Source: Chiloscyllium plagiosum
Taxonomy: Eukaryota
Length of the DNA: 64,000 nucleotides
Direction: 5' to 3'
NCBI RefSeq assembly: GCF_004010195.1
Contig: NC_057718.1
Coordinates: forward strand, 9,868,872 to 9,932,871
Made by a program: the position numbers and the translations under genes. The notes under the pieces were generated by a model, which was not told the DNA's origin, ran no database searches, and was given only the letters and a program-made list of their open reading frames with translations. Below, piece after piece: positions 36,610 to 49,587 of the stretch (its first letter is position 1; each line of letters opens with the position of its first letter).

Positions 36610-36930
36610 TCACCCTCCTGCACCTTGGAACTTTCTAGAATTTTTGTGCTCTTCCAACTCCAATTTTTTTTCCCAACCTCCTGATTTTGGTTGCCATGCC
36701 TTCAGCCATTGAGGCTCAGAGCTCTGGAATTCCCTTCTTAAATCTCTCTGCCCCTCTCTCCTGCGTTAAAATGCTCCTGACATCCTACCTTTTCGACCAA
36801 ACTTTTTAACCATCTACCCTAACGGTTTTTTTTTTGTGTAGTGCAGTGTCAGACTGTTGTATGCTCTTTCCTCTGAGGTGCCTTTGGACATTTCACCACA
36901 TTCATCAAATCCAATACATAAAGACATGTT
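36610..36930 (+). mobile_element. L2-like 3' end
   Basis: gccttcagc..ctctggaattcccttc..cttttcgaccaa..gcctttggacatt. Confidence 0.55.
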
Positions 36931-39195
36931 TGTTTGACCGGGATTCACTATCCACGCCATCTGTTGCTGAGTTTGTTCTTCCTAGGTATTGTCTCCTCTC
37001 TTGAGGCAGTTACACTGTTGGCATATTACCCAGCAGACCACTTGCTATGCGTGAATCTTGACTGATCGAGTCGGCTGAGTATTTGGGGAGGGGCAAATGC
37101 AACTGAGCTCAATCATGTTTTCATCCAAACTCTACTTTGAAGTTGATGCAGTTAGCTGGAAGCATGCCTGATCTTCCTGCCCTGAGTCCAACTCCTAGTC
37201 AGCATCACTTTTGCTTTATACATCTGAAGCCTTCAGCTTCTGTCAAATTGGAGAAAGATTAAGCCTCCTTATTCTTGCTTCCAACCACCCCCTACTCTTG
37301 GCCACAATCAACATGGGCTCAGCCAGATGTAACAAAGATGTCCTTTGTTTGGCACAGGCACCAGGGAGGTTTGTGCTGTCAGAATCCTCAGACACTGTAC
37401 TCCTTCTGTCTGTGTAACTGTGATGTTAGTTATTGGTGCTTATGTTAGTGTTCCACTGAATTAAAAAGGGCCATTGGAACAATATCATGGAAATGTTGAT
37501 GTCAAATGGCAGATTGAAATCCAAGCCTTGGTCGGCCAAAGAAAATGTTTTCATTTGGACTTTTGCTGTTGATGCAAGCGGAACGTGGCTGCGTCCTTAT
37601 GTTTTTGTTGTTCTCAGTCCTCTCCCTTTCTCCCCCTCAGTGAATTTTCAATACAAAAACAGGTCACATGACCTATCTGATGCCAATGCTTCCACTCCCT
37701 GTACGCTTCCTCTCACTCCATTAGTATAACCATTAATTCCTCATTCCTCAGTGTGTTTATCCAGCTTTCCCCTTAAGTGCATCCATGCTGTTTGCCTGAA
37801 CTACTGAGGTAGCAAGTTCCATACTGCAGCCACTCTGGATAAAGGTTTTCCTGAATTTCTGGTTTGATTTGTTGCCATCCGTCCCCTGTTCATGCACCCT
37901 GGTATTGGTCTCCACCATGTGTGGCAGCATCTTTTCTTAATCTACCCGATTAAACCTCTCATAAATTTAAAGATCTCTGTCAGGTCTTTCTTGATGGTTG
38001 TTTATCTCAGTTCCAGTATATTGCAAATCTTTTTTGTAAATGCCTACTCTAGTGCTTTCCTATCTAATTTACAATAGAGACCAGAACTGCGTACAGTATT
38101 TCAAGTCCAGCCAAACCAAATTTCCAAGGTAGCACAACTGTCTTACCTGGGATGCCTTTTCCCACTCCCCTCATCAACCTCCTACATAGCCACTTCTGAG
38201 GCTGTGTTAAGTACAGGTAGCAAAGTCAACCACAAAGATGCTGAATCTGAATCTTCTGCATATGCATGTGAAAATGTTCTATATCTCTCTCTCCCTTTTT
38301 GTTTAAACTTTTTTCTCTCATTCCTGCTCTTTCACTTTTTCTTTCTTGTTCCTGCTCTCTACTTTTCATTCCCTCTTTTTGTTGTTCCCTCACCTACTTT
38401 CTATCAAATAGCTTTGAAACAGCTATGGTGACTCTTCTCATCCTTAGGGGTGCTGTGACCAGTTGTCCACCCCAGTCCAACACCAGCACCTCCAAGTCAT
38501 GACAATTCAAAGGCAATTAGGAATGGGTAACAAATGTTGTCCTTGGTCACAAGACTAACACCCCATGGAACAACATATCAGAAAAGAGGTGCAGGTACAC
38601 TGATTGAGGAGAGGGGGAAAAAGAAGCAGTGAACCCAAAGCTTTGAAACAATAATGTGTCATAACAAGGAAAGGAGCTGGTAAATGCCTGAAACCTGTTG
38701 AGAGTGCATTATGGCATGAATCAAGCAATATCAAGCAGAGACAGATTAATCTGAAACATTGAAATGTGGAAAAGCCTGCAAGCGATGTGTTTGATTCCTC
38801 GACAGGGACACAGATAGGAAGGTCTAAAAATCTGCCTTTCCTTTATAACACAGTAAGACAGAGACTAGTGAATATGTTTTGTCACACCATCTTGAGGATT
38901 TGAAAAGTGAGGGGAAAAAAAAATCAGGCAGGAAAACTAATAATGCCGTAAATGTGAAATATGAGGTTATGCTCTTTGGCATGAAGAGGAGGAGTTGGAG
39001 AAAGATGACAGAAAACTGCAAGACAGTGGGATTTAGGCATTCTGGTGTATTGATCACAAGAAGCTAGCATCCAAGTTCAGTTGGTAACAGGGAAAGAAAA
39101 TGGAATGTTGGCTTTTATTACAAAGAGATTGGAGTTTAAAAACAGGTCGGTCTGACTAAAACTCTACAAGGCATGAGTCAGACCTCACCTGACAA

Positions 39196-39548
39196 AATTG
39201 AGGGGTTTGGATAGGGTAAATAGACAAAGTCTTTGCCCTGGGGTCGGGGAGTCCAGAACTCGAGGGCATAAGTTTAGGGTGAGAGGGGAAAGATATAAAA
39301 GAGACCTAAGGGGCAACGTTTTCACGCAGAGGGTGGTGCGTGTATGGAATGAGCTGCCAGAGGAAGTGGTGGAGGCTGGTACAATTGCAACATTTAAGAA
39401 TTATTTGGATGGGTATATGAATAGGAAGGGTTTGGAGGATATGGGCTGGGTGCTGGCAGGTGGGACTAGATTGGGTTGGGATATCTGGTCGTCATGGACA
39501 GGTTGGACCAAAGGGTCTGTTTCCATGCTGTACATCTCTATGACTCTG
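39196..39548 (+). mobile_element. Young CR1 (HER1-type) 3' end
   Basis: RGLDRVNRQSL..TRGHKF..FTQRVVRVWNELP; tail CTCTATGACTCT. Confidence 0.95.
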
Positions 39549-39884
39549 AGGTTGAGAGTCACATGGATGTCAGATTTCTTTCCCTAAAGGGCATTGATGT
39601 GAACCCTTGAGTTTTCATGACAACCAGTAATAGTTGACAATCACCATTATTAACTTAATACTCCAGATTTACAGACTAAATTTAAATTTGAACAACTATT
39701 GAAGTGGGATTTGAACCCTTTTGTTAATCTATGATTGCGTAGAACATGGATGGGAGACATGATCAGGTTTGCACTCCTTTGCCTGGTTAGAATGGCTGCT
39801 AGGATTCGGGGCTTCTTGCTTCAATTAAACTTTAACATCTTACAAAGCTTTCAACTAGTTTTGCCAGAAAGTTAGTTGTCAGCA

Positions 39885-40190
39885 CTGGCTCAGTTAGTTG
39901 CAGACTCCTCTGAATCACAAGGGTTCAGTCTGAGCATGGAAATCAAGATCTGCAGTATTGAAAGACTATTGGTGGTATTGAAGGATGATGCTGTCTTTCA
40001 GATAAGACATTAACTCAAAGTGCCTTTTGGAAGATATGTAAAAGATCCTGCAAATCATTTGGAAGCAGTGCAGGGGAGGTCTGCCTGGTATTCTAGCCAG
40101 GATTTATCCCTCAGTCAACAGCTCACTGCTATAGCATTGGCTGTAAAGTGCTTTGAGACATCTGGAGGCTGTTAAACTGCATAAATCTGA
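39885..40190 (+). mobile_element. Degenerate DeuSINE
   Basis: tggctcagttag..tctttcagataagacattaa..gtaaaagatcc..tttatccctca..cattggctgtaaagtgctttg. Confidence 0.7.
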
Positions 40191-40499
40191 ATAAATCCCC
40201 ATTCCAACCTCACTGTCACCAATCAGCAGTTAAAGAGACTCTGACTTCCAATTTGCGTGCTAATTTGTGTCCAGGTTTGCCAGCTGTCCAGGATTGACCT
40301 GGAGTCTGTGGGATTTGAAGATGAACATATAGGACACAATTGTAATTAATCTTGTGTAATGTGACTGAACCTCCAGAATGTATTGTGCCAAAGATTGTAA
40401 TCCTGAGCCAGTTGTACAAAATGATAGCCAAATGATCCACAGTGGGAGCAGCATGAAAAAAAACCTGTGTCCTGTGAGCCATTCTCACAAAAGCTTTGT

Positions 40500-40732
40500 G
40501 TCATAGAGATGTACAGCATGGAAACAGACCTCCGGTCCAACTCATCAATGCCAACCAGATATCCTAAATTAATCTAGTCCCATCTACCAGCAATTGGCCC
40601 AAATTCCTCTCAACCCTTCCTATTCATATACCCACCCAGATGCCTTTTAAATGTTGTAATTGTCCAAACCTCCTCCACTTCCTCTGGCAGCTCATTCCAT
40701 ACACACACCATCCTCTGTGTGAAAAAGTTGCT
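40500..40732 (-). mobile_element. CR1 3' end
   Basis: GTCATAGAGATGTACAGCATGGAAACAGACC.. (reverse of the CR1 tail). Confidence 0.9.
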
Positions 40733-40800
40733 TCGACGCATTCCAATGTCCAGAAATTCTTGAACAGCAAAGGTAGTAGCTATGCAGACTCATTGCTGTG

Positions 40801-41249
40801 TCAGACAGCAGTGTAGATTTCTTTCTCATTTGATTCACTGACCATGTGGTCACTGCTTTTGTCTCTCTTCCTCCTTTTTAAGGTGCCGTTGATCTTTGCT
40901 TTCCCCAAAGTTCCAAAACAATGCAACAACTTCAAACAGTAATTACTGCTCCTGGAATGCGAGGAAATCAGCTCCAACACTGAAAATACCTCAAAAAAGG
41001 ACCTGCTCTTACAGTCACAATTTTCTGCTGTCCTCCATCTTGGATTACCCAGAATCTTCTGGTGTCTTACTCCCATAGCTGGTGTAGGCGTGGGGTGACA
41101 CTGCCAGTGTGATGCCAGTAGAAGTACGAAGCAAAAGGAGGAAGGGCCTGTAGGCATGCCTTACACGCATTGCTATGATTAATCATCAGCTTGATGCTGA
41201 AGACTCTCCCATTGGCCTCACTGTCTCTTGAGCTGTGCTCCTGTTCCAT
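40801..41249 (-). pseudogene. Possible decayed gene for a small two-transmembrane protein (TMEM74/neurensin/TMEM100-like); speculative
   Basis: Frames stitched by eye: MEQEHSS.. / YRPFLLLLRTSTGITLAVSPHAY..KME.. GIFSVGADFLAF / GAVITV*SCCIVLELWGK / LKRRKR..EIYTAV*. Requires several frameshifts and stops. Confidence 0.25.
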
Positions 41250-42284
41250 TTTCTCAACTCCTCATCCCTTGAACACTCCTCCCATTCCAACTCCCTCCCT
41301 CAACACAAACTGATATAAAAAGTCCAGGTTTCTGAGCGCTGAGTCACAGCCAGTTTAGTGATTTTCAGATGGGTGAAGTGTGTTATGGACCTGCACCGAG
41401 AAATCATCTTATCGACCCGAGGGGCACATAAGACGGTCTTGAGACCCTCCCCAAAAGGGAGGAAATAAATTAGCTCTTGAGATGGAAAGAAAGAGAAATC
41501 ACGATGTTTCCGTCAGCCAATATAGCATGATAATGAGGACGTTGTCAGCCTGTGGCTTAGACGTTGTAAAAGTAATTACATGGATGACAAATTAAGCTGA
41601 GTGAAGGGGCCAACCCAGATAATCAGAGCTCCACCTATCCCTATTGCCAAACTGTGTCACTGAACATCAGATGCAAGACTCCCAATTAACCAATAAGCAT
41701 ACCAGTGTGAGGGACAGTACAATGGTGCCTACACCCAGCTTACTCCCCACCCTATTAGAAAGAGTTTGTTGTTACAAATCTGGAGCCTGATGGTTTAGCT
41801 GAAAGGATCTCTTGCGTTCAGTGCACTGTCATTACCTTTCTCATTACTCTAGGAATTTGTTCAGAATATGCTGCAGTGCCCTTGAAAGTTATTTGAAGAG
41901 CTTTCTTCCCTACCACCCATTGAAATGACTTTCTACAGGGTCAGCTGTTTGCAGGTGCAGAAACCGGTCAACAAAGAACTCATTTCTTAACAGCCAAGGC
42001 ATTCCGCAGAAGGAGCAGTACACCTGGGACCATTCAGAATGAGGACAAGCACGCTATTATTTTCCAGTAGAGTCAAATTTCCACAGAACAGCACTGCAGT
42101 TTATTAACCTGCTAATAGGTGGGTGGTTGAGTGTATGTGTGTGTGTGCGTGCACAGATTAATAGGGTTTCCCGTTCCACAGTGGATGAATACATTCCCTG
42201 GTTGTGGTGCTGGAACTGCGGCTCACTGGATAACAATCTCGTCTCTGAGGCAGACAGCCGTGTTTTCCAGTTCCTCTCCAAAGC

Positions 42285-42625
42285 ATCAAGATTGAGACTT
42301 AAAGATAGTACTGAGGGAGTGCTGCACTACCCGAGGTGCCATTTTCACTACCCGAGGTGCCATTTTTTGGATGAGATGTTAAATTGCCTCCTTTAGGTGA
42401 ATGTCAGAGACTCCCCATGGTAGTATACCAAAGAAGAATTGGGGAGTTATCCCTTACATCCTGGTCAATTCAGTGTTTATCCCTCCACCAACGAAGCTGA
42501 TGAGATGATGAACACACCCCAGATGAGGGGATTTTGCTGCGTTGGGTTGCTTTACTTTGTGCATTGCAAAACTGACTCCACTTCAAATGAAAATATGTGC
42601 TCAGTTGCTTGTAAAGTGATACTGA
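42285..42625 (+). mobile_element. DeuSINE with an internal 21-bp tandem duplication
   Basis: GTACTGAGGGAGTGCTGCACT..; CACTACCCGAGGTGCCATTTT twice (42325-42345, 42346-42366). Confidence 0.75.
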
Positions 42626-42960
42626 AAATCAGCTGAATGAACAGAAAGACAATTCAATAAGTTAAATAAAGAGAAATAGTCCTGGAATCAAAATTGTTAC
42701 AAATTAGATTAAGGGAGGGGGACAGGCAAATTTGCACCATTGGGAAAGGTAGACATTGTCTTGTCTTGGCAACAACTGAAGGAGGAATTGTCGATTTTAA
42801 AAACTGAAACAGAGGAAGAAAAATTGATGTGAAGGCAACATTGAGACTTCGACTAATGGAACCTCAAACAACGCCAAAGGAGAAGACCATGTTGATCATC
42901 CCCTAAGGCCTCAGTGACAACAAACATACTAACCACTTTGTGACTCTCACTGTTCACGTT

Positions 42961-43659
42961 GTCATAGAGATGTACAGCATGGAAACAGACCCTTCTGTCC
43001 AACCCGTCCATGCCGACCAGATATCCCAACCCAATCTAGTCCCACCTGCCAGCACCCGGCCCATATCCCTCCAAACCCTTCCTATTCATATACCCATCCA
43101 AATGCCTCAAATGTTGCAATTGCACCAGTTTCCTCCACCACCTCTGGCCGCTCATTCCATACACGTACCATTCTCTCTATGAAAATGTTGCCTCTTGGGT
43201 CTCTTTTATATCTTTCCCCTCTCCCCCTAAACCTATGCCCACTAGTTCTGGACTCCCCGACCCCAGGGAAAAGACTTTGCCTATTTATCCTATCCATGCT
43301 CCTTGTAATTTTGTGAACCTCTATAAGGTCACCCCTCAGCTTCCGACGCTCCAGGGAAAACGGCTTCAGCCTCTCCCTGTAGCTCAAATCCTCCAACTCT
43401 GGCAGCAACCTTGGAAATCTTTTCTGAACCCTTTCAAGTTTCACAACATCTTTCCGATAGGAAGGAGACCAGAATTGTATGCAATATTCCAACAGTGGCC
43501 TAACCAATGTCCTGTACAGCCGCAACATGACCTCCCAACTCCTGTACTCAACACTCTGACCAATAAAGGAAAGCATACCAAACACCTCCTTCACTATCCT
43601 ATCTATCTGCCACTCCACTCTCAAGGAGCTATGAACCTGCACTCCAAGATCCCTTTGTT
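42961..43659 (-). mobile_element. Young CR1 (HER1-type) 3' fragment
   Basis: 186-aa ORF LYRTLVRPLLEYCIQFWSP..LERVQKRF..VRVWNE. Confidence 0.95.
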
Positions 43660-45442
43660 TGGAGATGTGATCCTAGTGTGCAGTCTGTGGTGTTGTAGGT
43701 TTCAGCTGAGAGGAAGGCCATTCAGCCCACCATTCCTGTACCAGCTTTGAGAGAGAGCTTTCCTCTCTTTTTTCCTGTCATCCTGTAAACATTTCCTTTC
43801 TCAGTAGTTATCAAATTCACTTTTGAGGGTTACTTTTGAATCTGCTTCCACCAGCTTTCCTGTGTCAACCCAGAAGCATTTGAGGACAGTTATAGCACCT
43901 GATGCCAAACGGCCAGATTGGCAACTGAGCGGGGAATCATCTTTAACTTTATAGCTTCGTTACTCACCTGACACATGGTCAGGGCTAGTAGGGAGGGTTT
44001 CTGCGTTATAATTTCTGTTACAGATTTATTCTGCTGCTGTGCTGTCACATGTTAACTTGTGTATTTTAGTGTCACTTTGCAAGCTGCTGTTAATGCAGAC
44101 TGCGAAAGAGAGACAGAGAAAAAGAATGGAATGTTAGGTTTGCATTTCTGTTGCTCCTTTCATGGCCTCAAGTGCTTCACAGTCAGTGACTACATTTTGA
44201 AATGTGGACTCTGTTTTAATATTGGAAGCGCAACATGCTCCTACATTTAACGTTGAGATAATGGCCAGACTTGGGTATTGACTGTGCCCTAGGATGGAAT
44301 ATGTGAAACCAAGGATAGCAGTGATTTGCATCTGTTTCAAAAAGAAAAGCATTACAAAGTGCTTGCCAAGGTCGGCAGTGAGCTGTGACAATTAACTCCT
44401 TACACTGTGGCTTAATAAATAAATATAAATGCATACACTTTGTATATTGGTGCAATCTTCTAATTTAGTGACATTGACACAGTGCCAGAATTGATGGCAT
44501 GCTATTTCTTATAAATAGCTTCTCACCCCCCCCCCCCCAAGGAAACTCATGGGGTCTTCATGTGCAGCCAAGCGCGATACGAAGTAGAATTCTGGCATGC
44601 TGGAGCTTGATTAGTGTTTGAGAAAAGAGGGTTGCATGTAGGGTTGAAGGGGGAAGGGCAGGGGCGACGGTGGTGGGCTTCAGTGTGCCACAAGACTGGA
44701 GGAAGAGTAAGCGAGCAATGCCTTTGAGTGGAGTGCGCAGATGGAGCTGCAGGCTGATAAAAAGTCAGTATAGCCTTTACAGTAAACAGATTCTGTACAG
44801 CAGTAAGAGCTTCTGTTATGTTGTTACTTTCTGTGGCAAAGATGTACATCATGAGAGAGCTTAAGCAGCACCCAATGGCGTGTTCTGACTGCCATTTGAG
44901 GAGCTGATTTTCTTTAGTTGTTGTTGAAGAAGTTTTTGCAGAAGTTCTGAGAGAATGACAGAAGGGGGAGCGGAGGCGACCTTTGTGTTCTGTGGAGTCT
45001 TGCTTCAGTGAAAGGTTCTTGGCGTACGAGCTGGAGAGCTCTCACCAGGGACTGTGGTGCAAGTCTATCATAACTTAGAGTGGAAATGCACTTTCTCCTC
45101 TTATTGTCTGTGTGTCTTCAAGCATGCATTGCTGGCTTTGCTGCTGCCAGGTGGAGTGCAGAGGACACAAGAAGAGGATTGTGTTGCTGCTGTTTGCTGG
45201 AATAGGATTGTGGTTTTAACAGGGCAAGAGGTGCCACTGGAACAGAACTTTCTGAGACTTGGATGTAAATTGCATTCTCTCATGTCTTTTGAGAGTGTTC
45301 AAGTGGATCAGAATGTTTTGCATCTCCTTCAAAGTTAAATGTCACAATTTCAATAAAGCTATCTTGTCTGTCTCCCTTGCCAATCTAGTACTTCCTCCTT
45401 ACCTGCTCAATTCTTCTTGCATCTGTTTTTTACCCCTGTATT

Positions 45443-45820
45443 GGGGAGTATAGTGGCAAAGTCAGTGGACTAATAATCCAGCTAATGCTCCTGGTGCATA
45501 TGTTCAGCCACTCAAACGCTGGTGGACTTTAAAATCAATCAATAAATCTGGACTTGGAAGCTAGTTTCATTGTCTCAGTAAAGGTGATTGCCATCAATGG
45601 TTGTAAAATCTACCTGGGTTCACTAAGGTTCCAAAGGGAAAGAAATTGATGTTCTTATTGGATCTGGCTTACATGTGACTACAGACATAGAGGAATGTGC
45701 TTGACTTTTAACTCTCCTCTGAAATGCCAAGCAAGTCTGTTAGTTCAAGGGCAACTAAGGATGGACAATTAAATGCTGAACTGATGAGTGGTACTCCTAT
45801 CCCATGAAAAAATTAAAAAT
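45443..45820 (+). mobile_element. Bipartite tRNA-headed SINE, full length
   Basis: tagtggc..tggactaataatccag..ctgaaatgccaagcaag|ttcaagggcaactaaggatggacaa..atcccatgaaaaa. Confidence 0.75.
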
Positions 45821-46734
45821 TTACGAAAGTGGCATTATGCATTGTTGAAGGGATCACTGTTGGGACAGCACACACTTTACTGCAATAATAACTCCTTGGG
45901 CTTTAACTCGGTCCACTTCCAGTGGTTGCACCTGTGATTTGTAAACATTTCTGCTGGATTTCTGCCTTGTCGAATATTTAAGAGTTCTTGACTCTGATGT
46001 AACTTCATTCCAGAAAAATCTAGAAGCCTTCAAATCCAAAGCACTCCAGTCTCCTTTTTAAAGTGCAGGTTTCAGGAATATGATTGTACTTCTATGAAAT
46101 GGGCTCCCTTCGAGTTCTGTCCTGAGAACTGTTGATGCATTTAGTGTGATGGTGTAATGTGACCTATATGATGTGGTTAATTACACTAAGCATTGTAGAG
46201 GAGGGGAGCTGCAAAAGTACATTTGGAGAGTTAAGGTACAACATAGGAGGGTGAGACTAATGAATCTTGTCAGACAACAGGCGCAGGCATGATGGGCTGA
46301 ACAGCCATCTTCTATACTGTAGAGTTCATTGACTTGTTAGTCCCACTGTTCTAATGTTCCAAAAAGAATGAGGTCTGAATTAAAATGCAGGATGTACACA
46401 ACTGAAACTAAATATTGGATCAAAGTAATTACGGAATCTTAACCTCTGGTTCATGCTTTGTTCTAAAAAGAATACACCACCCCTGGGGCATGTTACAAAT
46501 GGGAAAGAGTTTCAGTAATTTGACTGCCTCACACAGCTTCTGAAATGCGATTTTAAAAAATAATAAATGGGTCATCAGTGCTAATATCTCATGGAGGAAG
46601 TCAGGAATTAAAGTAAAACTCCTCTTGATCTGAAGTGGTGGAGAAAGAAAGGTAAAAAACTTAGTCTGCCAAGTGAGAATAAGAGTTTTATTTTTATAAA
46701 GCACATCATTTCTATCTTCCACGAAAATAGATGA

Positions 46735-47140
46735 AACCAAAACAGAAATTGCCGGAAAAGTTCAGCAGGTCTGGCTGCATCTGTGGAGAGAAATCAGAAT
46801 TAACGTTCTGGGTTGGATGACCCTTCCTCTGAACTGGTTATTAATGAAATATATCAATTTATTTATTACTGTCTGCCCCTGATTTAATAACCATTTTGAG
46901 ATGCCTTATGTTGAATGCTACTACATAACTGAAGACTCAAATAAAAGCAAAATAATGCTGATATTGGAAATCTGATATAGGAAATCTTAAATAAAAACTG
47001 AAAATGCTAGAGAAACTCAGCAAGCCTAGCAGCATTTGTGGAGAGAGAGAGAATTAAAAGTTGTATTGGACTCAAAACATTAGCTCCATTTTGTTTCTCT
47101 GCGGATACTGCTGAGCTTCTCCAGCATTTTCTGTTTTTGC
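46735..47140. mobile_element. Two PLE family C termini (single arm 46735-46836; hairpin 46940-47140)
   Basis: aacagaaattgccggaaaagttcagcaggtctggc..acccttcctctgaac; aatgctagagaaactcagca / tgctgagcttctccagcatt. Confidence 0.7.
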
Positions 47141-47634
47141 GATATAAACGAATGTCTTTCCAGTTGATAATTCAGGCACTCTTCAATTGACAAGATTTTA
47201 TTTGGATGTTTTGTTTTAAAGTTTCACAAAGGTTGAATTAACCACAGATCAAATGAAGCAACCTACAACATGCAGCAAAAGGGTAATTTAGTGTAGAATT
47301 TAAAAAATTCAAATAATCATGTAATTTGTGTTAAATTGCACTGGATTAAGGGGAGCAGACAGTGATTCAATTACCATTATTTAGTTAAAGTTCTCAAAGC
47401 ATCTGTTAAAGCTCCCATGAAGTTAACCTTTTGCAGTGTTGATCCACATCAAAGGTGCAGTTCCAAAAATTTCTTTCAGTATAGTTTCTTTACTTCTGAA
47501 TTCCTGTCCTGAGTTCATGCAGTAAATAACTTGTGCAAAATGAAGTGTAACCCTAAATTTGTTCCATCAAAAGTGATCGTGTTCAAACACTCCTGTCTTC
47601 AATTAAAGACTCAAAGAGGAGCTTTGCTTTTCTC

Positions 47635-47658
47635 CTCTCTCTCTCTCTCTCTCTCTCT
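47635..47658. repeat. (CT)12 microsatellite
   Basis: Direct reading. Confidence 0.9.
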
Positions 47659-48065
47659 GTCGCTTCTTAGTAGCTTGAGAAAATAATTGACTGGCAGTGA
47701 AGCGCGACACACCTTTCAATACTGTTGGCTTAAACTGTCAGCAATTTCATTCATATCATTGGAAGTTAATGATTGAATTACACCTCTGCTGGCTGGTTTC
47801 TCAGTTAACTGGTGGATTGATACATCTATCTAATGTTGTCTTATTTGTGATGGGTACCTTAAGGAAATTAGGCATCAGTCAGGAGAGTAAGAAAATTTCT
47901 TAAATACATTGCCTTTATTGGTCAGTGCATTGAGTGCAAGAGTTGAGAGGTCATGTGGTGGCTGTACAGGACATTAGTTAGGCCACTTCTGGGATACGGC
48001 ATGCAATTCTGGTCTCCCTGCTATAGAAAGTATTTTGTGAAACTTCGAAGGATGCAGAAAAGATT

Positions 48066-48394
48066 TAGATTAGATAAATTACATTAGATTCCCTACAGTG
48101 TGAAAACAGGCCTTTCGGCCCAACCTGTCCACACCGACCCTCTGAAGAGTAACCTGCCAAGACCCATTTCCCTCTGATTAATGCACCGAACACTACAGGC
48201 AATTTAGCACGGTGAATCCACCTAACCTGCACATCTTTGGACTGTGGGAGGAAACCGGAGCACCCGGTGGAAACCCACGCAGACACAGGAAGAATGTGCA
48301 AACTCCACACAGACAGTTGCCCAAGGCTGGAATCGAAACTGGGACCATGGTGCTGTGAGGCATCAGTGCTAACCACTGAGCCACTGTGCTGCCT
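48066..48394 (-). mobile_element. HE1 SINE
   Basis: Full head, V-domain and (TAATC) tail. Confidence 0.95.
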
Positions 48395-48762
48395 CTACAA
48401 GGATGTTGCCCAGGTTGGAGGGTTTGAGCTAGAGGGGGAGGTTGAATAGGTTGGGGCTATTTTCTTTTTGGAGCATTGGAGGCTGAGGGGTGACCCTTTA
48501 TTGAGGTTTATAAAATCATGAAGGGCATGGATAGGGTAGATAGCTAAGATCTTTTCCATGGGGTGGGAGAGTCCAAAGCTTGAGGGCATAGGTTTAAGGT
48601 GAGAGAGAAAAGTTTTAAGAGGGACCTGAGATGGAACTTTTTCACACAGAGGATGGTGCGTGTATGAAATGAACTGCCAGAGGAAGTGGTGGAGGCTGGT
48701 ACAATTACAGCATGTATAAGGCATCTGGATGGGTACATGAATAGGAAGGGATTAGAGGGATA

Positions 48763-49082
48763 GTCATAGAATCCCTACATTGTGGAAACAGGCCCTTCAG
48801 CCCAACAAGTCCACACCGACCCTCAAAGTATCCCACCCAAAGCAATTCCCCTACCCTATACCTCTACATTTATCCCAGACTAATGCACCTAACCAACACA
48901 TCTAGGGGAACACTATGGGCAATTTAGCATGGCCAATTCACCTGACCTTTGGATCGTGGAAGGAACCAGAGCACGCGGAGGAACCCCATGCAGACACCGC
49001 GAGAATGTGCAAACTCCACAGGCAGTTGCCCAAGGCTGGAATCGAACTCAGGTCCCTGGTGCTGTGAGCCACCATGCCACAC
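48763..49082 (-). mobile_element. HE1 SINE
   Basis: Head, V-domain and tail on minus. Confidence 0.9.
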
Positions 49083-49587
49083 TTTACATGAGCCAAATGC
49101 TGGCAAATGAGACTAGATTAATTTAGCATATCTGGTCGACATGGACAAGTTGAACTGAAGAACCTGTTTCTGTGCTCTACAACTCTTATGTTGTAGTCTA
49201 CAACTACAACAAATATGACCTGTGTTTAAATAGTGCCTTTCATGATCCACACCTTGAAGTAAATGCACTATAGGAAATAAAGTGGCTTATCTATACATGG
49301 CAACTATCCAAAAGCAACAATACCAGATAATGCTGTTGACTGAGGGATGATTACTCCCAGGAGAGCAAGGAGAACTCCCCTGTTATTTCTCAGACAAACA
49401 TGTTAGAATTAGATTTTACTGTCACGTGTACTCAAGTAAGGGAATACAAGAGTACAGTGGAAAGTGTACAAAGTCACCATTCACAAAACCAGATCGTAAA
49501 AAATCCGAATTAATAGAAACAGAACCAAAATAAAGGTGTCCAGAGCTTCAGGTATCTCCTCAAAAAAGGTGTATGGAACACTCATTC

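Larger units (their letters stand above)
47905..49190 (+). mobile_element. CR1 3' fragment carrying two antisense HE1 insertions
   Basis: CAGAAAAGATTTA|..|TACAAGGATGTTG continuity across 48066-48394, and GAGGGATA|..|ACATGAGCCAAATGC across 48763-49082. Confidence 0.9.

Noticed and set aside
41381..41580. TGTTATGGAC start identical to the solo LTR end, with a possible TACA end
   Set aside because: No further similarity and no TSD.
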